Assembly: GCA_012295275.1 (NCBI GenBank)
Contig: CM022668.1
Location: 2,356,001-2,420,000, forward strand
Source: Chrysomallon squamiferum
Taxonomy: Eukaryota; Animalia; Mollusca
Reading direction: 5' to 3'
DNA length: 64,000 bases
In this document: positions 53,949 to 64,000 of the stretch, piece after piece
How positions within the stretch are numbered: position 1 is the stretch's first letter
How the letters are laid out: each line of letters starts with the position of its first letter
The notes under the pieces: generated by a model
Told to the model about the DNA's origin: nothing
The model's database searches: none
Seen by the model: the letters and a program-made list of their open reading frames with translations, nothing else
Translations under genes and position numbers: made by a program

Positions 53949-55775
53949 AATTCGTTTGTAACAAAATATTTATTTATTTTTCTTTAACCACCTTCAAAAG
54001 ATAACACTATTTATAGATTAGAAATATATTTTCAAAAGATAATACTCTTCATAGATTAGAATTATATTTTCATCAACAATAAAAGTAAAGATAAGAAGAA
54101 CATTAACAACAACAACAACAACAATAATAATAATAATAAATAATCTACAAACAATGATAACTTTAATAATAATATGAGTAAATAATATCAATAAACAAAT
54201 GGTGATGATAACAGTAAGAATAATAATAATAATATAATAACAATAATAATAACAACAATAATAACAATAATGATGATGATAAATAAATAAATAAATAATA
54301 ATTCTAGTAAAACTAATATTTTGACTTATAAATGTTACACATCTATAAACTTGTGCTATAGATATAAATATTTTGAACAGTATAAATGCTTGCTGGCAGA
54401 AATTCCATTCTCATTTTTATCTTTTCATAATGTTTAGAAAACACGAATGTTTATTAAAAGATAACGCAAGTAAAATAAATTTCAATGGTGATTTTGGTTT
54501 TTCTCATAAAAAAGACATCAGAAATGATAAACGTATCATCAACTGTGTCAGTGTTTACGTGAGATTAGACCTGATTTCAGTTACAAAACAAATCTGATTT
54601 TAAACATTTTACATTCCTAAAGCTTTTAAAATAAACTTATGGCAAAAATAACAAACATGAGACAGATAAAACGACCTCCATTGTAGAGATTTGAAGTAAT
54701 TTTTTAACTCCATAAAAATTGAGACTAGCGAATCCAGATTCATACAAGGTGTGTAATATGTGTGTTATTACACAGAACAGTGTTTTACTTTATCTGTCAG
54801 TATTCTCATATTAATATTCATATTTGTTTCACATTCTTATTCTCTTTTATTTATTTCATTATAGCAATCTGTATTCCAATTTATATATAAATATATATGG
54901 TTAATTTTTACCACATTTTTAATAACAAAATAAATATTAATTAAAATTAAAATTAAAATTAAATAATAAATAAAAACTATTAGTGTTTACTTATTTTATA
55001 TTAAGTTACAAAGTTTTAAAATATGAAGAAGAAAATGCAACATATATTTTTGAATATATTCTTTCTAAACTTATAAATCATCAGTTTCAAAATCATTATT
55101 ATCATCATCACCATTACAAACGTAAATCAGTGTTGATAAACAATTAATAATAAGTAATGAAAATAAATAAATAAATTAATTAATAAAATAATATATAATT
55201 AAAAAAAAAGAAAAGAAATGATTATAATAATAATAATAATAATTATTAAAAAATAAATAAATAAATAAATGTAACATTATTTTCAAACTAAAACACATTT
55301 TGTTTTCTCTGTCCAGACTGTGGTGGTACGACAGTTGGGTTTGGATACTCGGGTACGTTAGAGTATCACTACAAGTATCTCAAGAAGAAGTACGAAGGCT
55401 GCACGCATATCCATGGCAACCTGGAAATCACTAACCTGGTTGACAGAAGCGTCCAGTACGACCTGAGTTTTCTGCGAGAGATTCGCTACGTCAGCGGCTA
55501 CGTGCTCATCGGCCTGGTGACGGAGGTGTTCCACATTCCGCTCACCAACCTGGAGATCATCCGCGGCAACAGCACGTACAGAATACACGGCGAGGACTAC
55601 AGCTTCGTTGTGGCTCTCACCTCGCGATACGGAGACGAGAAAATGGGCCTGAAGGCTCTCCATCTTCCTGCACTGAGAGGTGAGTGTGACAGCAGCAACA
55701 ACAACAATAACAAAACAACAATAACAACAGCAACAACAACAACAACAACAAAACAACAATAACAACAACAACACT

Positions 55776-55808
<33 letters not shown>

Positions 55809-57778
55809 AATAATAACAATAACAAAACAACAAAGCTACAATAATGATACACATCAAAATATTATTTGAATATTTATCTCTTTGTCTCCGACACTGTTTG
55901 AATGTCTCTGTGTTGTTCTTACTCTCATACAAACATTTCAGTTCACACACACTGAAAACACATCCAGATACTTAGAAAGATAAACAAAGAGAGACCATGC
56001 TATATATGACTGTCTGTATTGTAAGTGTTTTATTTCAGAGATATCTGAAGGCAAAGTGTTGTTCAAACAAAACCCAGCTCTATGCTATATATGTATGTCT
56101 GTCTGTGTTTTATTTCAGAGATATCTGAAGGCAAAGTGTTGTTCAAACAAAACCCAGCTCTATGCTATATATGTATGTCTGTCTGTGTTTTATTTCAGAG
56201 ATATCTGAAGGCAAAGTGTTGTTCAAACAAAACCCAGCTCTGTGTTATGTGGACACAATCGCCTGGGACAGCATTTGCAGGGGACGAAATCATTCTGTGG
56301 CCTTTCTAGACAGACCTTTCTCCAAGGACTGTAAGTAACCATGGCAACCTGAGGTCATATATTAGTCATGTATTAAAGGGGTGTGGTGGTAATGCTATGC
56401 TATAGATTATATTTTCACTAGATGTGTACAACACCTGTTGTTAAAACACAATAGTTCTAACTGCGTTTGCTTATAACTAATATACTCTAAACTTTTATAA
56501 AGAATAAATATGTGCAACCCATAATTATAACAAAAGTTTAATTTTTGTTTTGCCTGAAATGAAACAGTTGAAAAGAAGTTTAATAAATGCCACCAATAGT
56601 CTTAGCATTATCTGGACATTTATAAGCAAGTACACACCATAATTATACCATTGTCTATTAATTTTCTTACTGAGTGTAAATATTCTCTATCCTGGTATTT
56701 ACAGTAATGCTTTAGTAGATTACCACATTGATATATATAATATAGATAATTGAATAAACTGATTATTTGCAACAGTTTTTGTGATTCTGCATTCAGCAAA
56801 CTACTGTACTTGTGATTTTCTGGTTTAACAGTTTGATAATTTTTATTTTATTTTATTATTAATTTTATTTATTTATTTATTATTTTTTAATTTCAGGTGA
56901 TCAGTGTTCAGACAACTGTCAGGAATCGGAGACTGAGGTTGGAGGATGCTGGAGCACATTTCCAGAATACTGCGCGAGAGGTGAGTTTGTCATCAGTGTC
57001 AAGAGTCAGATGCACACTTTTAAATTACAAGATGGTGGAGAATAAACCGATTTTCTTTTCAGATAGCTCATTTCCAATAATCTGTCATACTTTATCATTA
57101 TGAAAATGTGATTGCCAACAATAAAACAATGATTTCAAAATGATCTTAATTTTTTTTTTTTCATTCACTTTAATTTTAAAGCTTTGTTTCAAAAGATGAA
57201 TCTAGTGTAAGTGTACAGTTTTCACTGTTTCAGGACAGAAACAGCACTGTCACCAGTCTTGTCCGGATCGCTGTTTCGGTGCAAATTCTGACCAGTGCTG
57301 TCATTCCCAGTGTGCAGCAGGGTGCTCTGGTCCTACACAGTTCGACTGCGTGGTAAGTGATGTCCTGCTTTCTGTGTTTTACAGACTGCTTACAACAAAA
57401 TATTCTGTCGTAAATATAAACAATTTCTTTTTAATACGAATGTTTTTGTTGTTGTTCTTTTAATTATATTTTCTTAGTATTCATTTCATTCCCCCCCAAC
57501 TTAAATTCTGTTTTTATTATTTACATTCATCCTTTATATTAAATTCCTAGAACTGAAAATTACTTTTAGAAATATTAGAAAAGTTCAAGAAATATATATA
57601 TATATAAAAAACTAACAAACAACAAACAAACAAACAAAAAAAATAAATTAAATTAAAAAAAAAAATAAATAAAATTTTCTTTCTACAGATGTGCAAAGAT
57701 TTCGACTATTACGGAGAATGTCGATCTTTCTGTCCTGATGGAACATATCCAGTCAAAAACAGTTGTATCAAATTCTGA
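52883..57778 (+). CDS. Secreted EGFR-ectodomain-like protein B (signal peptide, receptor L domain, furin-like Cys-rich region), ~295 aa. Exons 52883-52982, 55317-55679, 56199-56330, 56897-56980, 57234-57352, 57689-57778
   Basis: Same exon phases as protein A and identical 132- and 119-nt exons. Motifs CGGT...HYKYLKKKYEGCTHIHGNLEIT, YDLSFLREIRYVSGYVLI, NPALCYVDTIAW and CCHSQCAAGCSGPTQFDCVMC; ends CPDGTYPVKNSCIKF*. Confidence 0.92.
56025..56240. repeat. 80-bp tandem triplication of the exon-3 acceptor and first ~42 coding nt of protein B
   Basis: gtgttttatttcag|agatatctgaaggcaaagtgttgttcaaacaaaacccagctc at 56039, 56119 and 56199. Confidence 0.95.
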
Positions 57779-58024
57779 TCACGTTTTGTGTTAACAACAA
57801 ACAACAGAAAGACTGGGACTGAAAAGAGAGAGAGAGGAAAAATAATTTCATGTTTCTGTAGCTGAAATAATTCAGTGTCTGAAGATAAATGTTATTTGAA
57901 AACAAGATTTGTCTTTTTGAAATCATGTGACTGGACTTATTGTACAAATGTACATTTAAAATAAGTATTTTTAAAAATAGTTTTCTTCAGTCCATTTCTG
58001 TAAGCATATCATTTTCACTTTATT

Positions 58025-58079
<55 letters not shown>

Positions 58080-59184
58080 GTGAGTAAGCATGTTGTGAGT
58101 CAACAATTATTATTTTTTATTTTTTTATTTATATGTTTAATAATTATCTTTTACATATTATTATCTAAGTTTAAGAATTAAAGATTTTCAGAGTAACTGT
58201 TGCATTTGATTAGCTAGTTGTAAAGGTATCAAGAATATCTTCATTTTTTAATTATTTTTTTTAGTTTTTTTTTTTTTTTTTTTTAACTGATAGAATTTTC
58301 CTTCTTTAGCTTTTTATTTATATTTTTTATTATTTATTTTTAAACAAAGTTGATTTTCAGTGAATTATTTAACCCTTGAGTACAAAAGAAATACAAGATA
58401 AATTAAGTCAAAGACCAATGATTTTTTTTGTTTTGTTCTAAACTAGTAAAAATATTCAACTTGTAAAAAGTTCAGAATTTACGTTTGAAATTTTGTGTCC
58501 ATTTACATTTGACTTCACGTTTTGTACATTGCCTTTTTTATACTTTTATTTATTTTTGTATGTGTATATTGTAGTAAGCATTAAACATATTGGAATAAAA
58601 AATAGTGAAAAATACATAACAAATCTGTCTTATTTTTATTTAGATCATTCAATAATTCATATTCTGTTCATATTTAACATATTTTACTGTTCCATTTTTA
58701 ACGAAGAAATAAATTTAACCACATACTCTACAATTGTAATGCTCATGACAATATTCCTAAACTTTCTTTTTATATTATTCATGAAAATCATGACCATTTA
58801 TATTTTTTCAGTATTCATGAAGTCACATACCTTTTTGTCATTTTCACTTCACAGTTCATGAAGTCACACATCTAAATATACATTTTTACCATCACCATTA
58901 TTCGTGAAAACATACGTTTATAAATTTTACTTATTCACTGTTTGTAAAGTTACACTTCCCATCAACCACCTTTTGTTGTTGTCACTGCTGATGTCGCTTC
59001 CAGATAACGTGTTGTTGTTTTCATTGTTGATGATAATGTAGACAATCTGATAAGCTTTATTATGTAAAATTTTGTAATAAAGTTTGTAATGAATTTAAAA
59101 ATTTTAAATTACTTGCTGAATACTCTGACAGTAATGAATAAACAAAGGTGTAATTAATAAAATAAGTAATAAATAAATAAAGCA

Positions 59185-59217
<33 letters not shown>

Positions 59218-62200
59218 TAAATAAATAAAAATAATAATAAATATATAAAATTAATTAGAAACAGAAGAGTAAATAAATTTGGATTGGTAGAAATATAGAC
59301 AGAAAATGAATAAATAATATTACAATGGTTTACAATAATAATAATAAATTAATAAATTGAACTGAATTAATTTGAAATAATAAAAAATAAATTAAAATAA
59401 ATTAATAAATAAAAACAGACAGCAATTAGCATGAAAACAAGTTTATATAAAATTCCATATGCAAGAAGAAGCATCTTTGACATACACGATACACGTACAG
59501 TATTTTCAAACACTTTTTAAAAACAGAACTAAAAGATAACATTTTGTATTTTAGAATTTAGAATATAAGCAGGAACTGGATCACAAACTGATAATAAGAA
59601 AATAGTAATCTTCAAAATAAACAAACACTAACCATGTTAACAGAATATATAAATAAGTAAATAATAAAATATATGAAGGTTCACTAAAAGAAAATTAAAG
59701 AAAAAAAAATGTTGGCTTTTGTGTTAAAGAATAAAAAGAAAATTGTCACTATTTTATATAACATAACTTTTAACATTTTTTTTATTTTTATTTAAATTTA
59801 TTTTAAAAAAACGTTTTCTTCAAATGAAGACAAATTCTGATTTCCTATTTATTTTTAGTATATTTATATTCAGCATGTTGTATTTTTATTTATGCTTTAC
59901 TGAAAAGAAAAAAAAAATAAATAAATAAAAATGAAGATGTAATCCTGAGAAAAGCATTAAATAAAAAAAAAATAAAAAATAGGCCTGAGATAAAACACAC
60001 ACAAATGTAAATGAAATTATGATTAAAAAAACCAGTAAAATAAACTGACATAAGTCTATCCACTTTAGAAGAAAAAAACAAAATAGTTTTAATTTGTCTG
60101 ATAAAGATGTCTTTTAAAATAGTAATAATAAAATAAATAAAATAAATAAAATAAATAAATAAAAATCTCAGAATAAAACATGAAATCACACTGAACATTT
60201 AAAATATAGTTAATGACTAGAACTCACTGAAAATGTAGACATTTTTTATTTGTATGTTAACATGATTTCTAAATAATGTTTTAAAATTTTTTCAATATTT
60301 TTTCTTTACAATGGCCAAAACTGAATTTTCAGAAGATATACATGTTATCTCTATTACACATGACATTTTGAATATCATGATTAATTAGATTTTATTATTT
60401 GCATTTCCCATGAAATAAAGTAATCAGTTCTAGAGGCATATCAACATATTATTATTATTATTATAATAATATTACAGAACATTACATTTTTTCTTTTCAC
60501 AGCAAAAAGAGATAAAAAAGAAATAATTGTTTTCTGAATTTATCTGGATTGTGACCTATTTGCTTTGCTTGCCATTACAACATAATTAACATCTTTTTAA
60601 CACTTTACAAAGTACTGAGAAAATAAAATAAAAATAAGGAACAACTGTAACTATGAAGATAATAAAATTTGCAATTTAAAAAAAAACTTTTTTTTTTTCT
60701 AAACACAAAACATTAACAAATCTATGTACATAGTTACATTTGTTTTCTCAACAAAGAACTTTAAAACCAGCCAAATTTTTATATAAAAGGCAAATTTGTG
60801 ACATTATTTCTGAGTTTGTTGACGACAGTCATGATTCACAATGTATGCATATTGATACTTTATTTTTAGTTGTTTAAATTTTTTCATTAGAACAAAAAAA
60901 AAAAATTAATAATATTAATTAAAAAAAAATACAAATAAAATAAACCAAATATTTTATGAAAAGAAACATTAATGCTTTTCACAATAATAATAATAATAAT
61001 AATAATAATAATCATATAAAAATAAGTAAATAAATAAAGCAATAATAAAAAAATATTCTGCTACATATAAAATACAATACAAATAGAAAATGATTTATAA
61101 CAATGTTAATTTTTCATACATAATTATTCAGAATTAATTAACATAAATATAACAATTATTTTTAATCACTGACTTCTGCTATTAAATATTCATTTTGTTA
61201 TTAATTTAGGTCTTATTTTTAACTAGTCCTAGAAAAAATATACACTTCTTCTTACATCATGTTGATAGTAAAGTAGAAAATTGCTATCATCATTCATCAT
61301 GGGTACTCAATCAGCAACAAAAAATCTTTAACAGAAATCTTTCTATAAATGAAGAGCTTATTTGCTAACTGATAATTATGATGTAATTATTTACTATAGT
61401 TTTTTATAATAACTTTTTGTATTATTAAACCAGACATTAATTACTGATACTTTAAGATTTGAGATAAACATTAATTATTAAAATATTAAATATTGAAATA
61501 ATAAATTGTTCCAGGATTTATCCAATTCAGTTTTAATTATTTATAATTTTAATAAGTAATTATTTTGTCATCTGTTTAGTTTAGTTTTTAAAACAATTCA
61601 CAATTCAACACAACTCTATATTAACATGAATTAATTCTCAACTCTAAAATGGATGAAGACTGATACAAATTTTCATCATAATTAGAAATACTTTTTTTTT
61701 TTTTGCACCAACTTGGATTAAAAACAAAACAAAAAACTCACAGAAATGTATATACATTAATTTCAAACATTCTAAACAATAATGTTTTTATTAAATAAAG
61801 AAAAGAAAAGAATGGAAGAAGAAAAAAATGAAATAAATGAAAAATAAAATTTAAAAAAAAGTAATTAAGAACTTAAAAATAACAAAAAAGTAGAACTTAC
61901 ATTTTAAATTAGGATTGCTAAATTTTAATTTTATATTACACTGTAGCATTTATTTTACAGAATTTCTTCTTCTTAGTTTGTTAATAATAATATAAAAATG
62001 AAATGAAATGATAAAATAAAATATATTTTGAAAAAATAAAAATTATAAGCCTTAGATGATATTTAATTAAAAAACAGTAGGCATATATAGATTAATTATT
62101 TGTTTTAGAATTATCTTTAAAGATTACCCAACTAGCATCTTAATTATATTCGATGTAGATTAATTTAACAGGTTTTTTTTTTCTGCACCTATTAAACAAG

Positions 62201-62565
62201 AACTATCACAAAACTGCATAAAACAGTTGTTTATACACTGATGTGAAACAGTAGCATAGATACTCTGATATACTTCATTGTTTAACTTTGTAGTGACTAT
62301 ACCATTGATATGTACATATTACATACATAAAGGCAAGGTATATTAGTTTTACAAAGTGAAGCACAGACATGCAAAATCTAAGATTTACTGTGCTTATTTG
62401 TAGGAAGTTATCAAAAAGAATAAAAAGCATAATAATAATGATGATGATGATGATGACTATGATAATGATAACAGCAATAATAATAACTAAATAAATAAAA
62501 AGAAATAAATTATTAAAAAAGTTAATAGTTTACTTGTATCTAGTTCTAGTATAAATTATTCTTGC

Positions 62566-62616
<51 letters not shown>

Positions 62617-63267
62617 AATAATAAAAATAAAATATTTAATTCAAGGCAAGGATTAATTTTGTTATTATAAAATGTATGAAATCTGGATGAGATAATTAAA
62701 AAGGAATAGATTTCTGATTTAAATGAAATCAGAGAATAACAACATCTACAGTGAAAAACATTTATCACAAGCTGTGAAATACCCGAAGCTGCTGCATAAA
62801 GGTAAATAACGTAATATTTTAACTACGTCCTCTACAAAATTAATATTAATAAAACCATTGTGACATATCACATTTTATTATTTAAATTATTACTGTATCA
62901 GCTTAACATTAATTACATCAAGAATTAATTAAATTGTGTAACAAAAATGTTTCATTTTAAGCCCAGCGTATAAAACAAACATCATAACCCTAGTTGCAAA
63001 CCCTAGTTGGCCCTATACATGATGTAATTTACATACATATTACTGTTTTTTTGAAAATGTTAGGTACATGTACTGCAATCAACAGATTTACTTCAAACAA
63101 AACAAGAGGTAATCAAACTTTCTTTTATCTATTAGACAACAAATAAAACTTTCCACACACACAGAAGATACCAAGGCAAACATAACTGCAAAAATATGAA
63201 ATTTACAAGCTTAAAATACTGTATTGCTTTGTTGTTTTGAAAACAGCTTATAAAATGCATCTTGTTT

Positions 63268-63999
63268 CTACTGCGATGAGCGACTTTCAACTTTAATGTT
63301 TTCAGTTAATTTAGTTTTTTCTGAAGTTTGCCTGTCAACTGCAAAGCCTGGAGTCTGAGACTCAGTCTGTACAGACATCCCCAGCTCCTGCACAGTGGGT
63401 TTGTTGTCTTCGACCTTCAGATGTCGTTTGACTACAAACTCATGAACCACTGGAGCTCTGTACGTCTGTTCTTCATCTGCACCACTCACATTGCCTTTGT
63501 TATCAGTTGTCTCCCCCTTAATAGCACTCATTACATCCCCTTTATTATCACTGACCTTATTTTCTTCACCAGCTGTCTTCTCCTGATTATCATTAACTAT
63601 ATCCCCTCTATTACCTCTCATTTCCTCTTTTTCCTCACTAGAGTTCTCCTCAGTATCATTAATTACCTCCCCTTTGTTATCACTAATCTCACTTTCTTTA
63701 CTGGTTGTCTTCTCCTGGTCTTCAGAAGTTATGTCCCTTTGAGAACTCTCATTGTTCTCCTTTTTAACAGTCACTGCCTCTAGGTTTACATCTCTGTGAC
63801 AAGCACTGTCAGAATGATCTGTGACGTGAGAATCACTGTCAGCTTTCTCACAGCTTTCTGAAATATCAGCATTTTCTGTTTTGACTGCACTGGAAGTCAC
63901 ATGACTTTCCCTTCCTTTCTGTGTGTCATCTTCATTCACCTGACTTGTAACACTTTCACAAGAATTACTGTCCAGAGAAGAAACCTGATTTGTTTTACT
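63268..63999 (-). CDS. 3' end (terminal exon, partial) of an unidentified acidic/Ser-rich low-complexity protein
   Basis: The frame is open from the window edge to TAG at 63268 (>240 codons), has a charged composition and imperfect repeats (SDNKGEVINDTEE / SDNKGDVMS). No recognisable domain. Confidence 0.7.
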   Translation of the reverse strand, partial: SKTNQVSSLDSNSCESVTSQVNEDDTQKGRESHVTSSAVKTENADISESCEKADSDSHVTDHSDSACHRDVNLEAVTVKKENNESSQRDITSEDQEKTTSKESEISDNKGEVINDTEENSSEEKEEMRGNRGDIVNDNQEKTAGEENKVSDNKGDVMSAIKGETTDNKGNVSGADEEQTYRAPVVHEFVVKRHLKVEDNKPTVQELGMSVQTESQTPGFAVDRQTSEKTKLTENIKVESRSSQ

Positions 64000-64000
64000 A

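Noticed and set aside
42324-57778. Calling either gene EGFR or insulin receptor proper, or a pseudogene
   Set aside because: Both end in stop-containing exons without L2/TM/kinase, yet have intact frames and splice sites; no gene symbol assigned.

Overview
This is AT-rich, microsatellite-dense animal DNA; the RAR sequence is of lophotrochozoan, most likely molluscan, type. It holds four protein-coding loci, which I reconstructed by hand from GT-AG junctions. (1) A + strand retinoic acid receptor gene (RAR, NR1B) with coding exons 11498-11591, 15039-15146, 16258-16439, 16706-16847, 17701-17858, 19405-19581, 20495-20699, 21042-21200 and 33690-33790 (about 441 aa). (2, 3) Two head-to-head six-exon paralogues (50351 to 42324 on -, 52883 to 57778 on +). 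Each encodes a signal peptide, one EGFR-type receptor L domain and a furin-like Cys-rich region, with no second L domain, transmembrane helix or kinase. (4) The 3' end of an unidentified acidic low-complexity gene on - at the right edge. The standout observation is a GC-rich 1289-nt exon (25059-26347) inside the last RAR intron. It splices in frame after LRSISVK and would replace helix 11/12 (AF-2) with a 428-aa tail containing polyQ runs and three VLKAAL helices, giving a predicted 837-aa isoform. Other notable points are a perfect DR1 element abutting an RAR branch point and a recurring pattern of tandem repeats that duplicate splice sites. Tigger and L2-type LINE relics and many minisatellites are also present. 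All gene models are sequence-only predictions with no transcript evidence.
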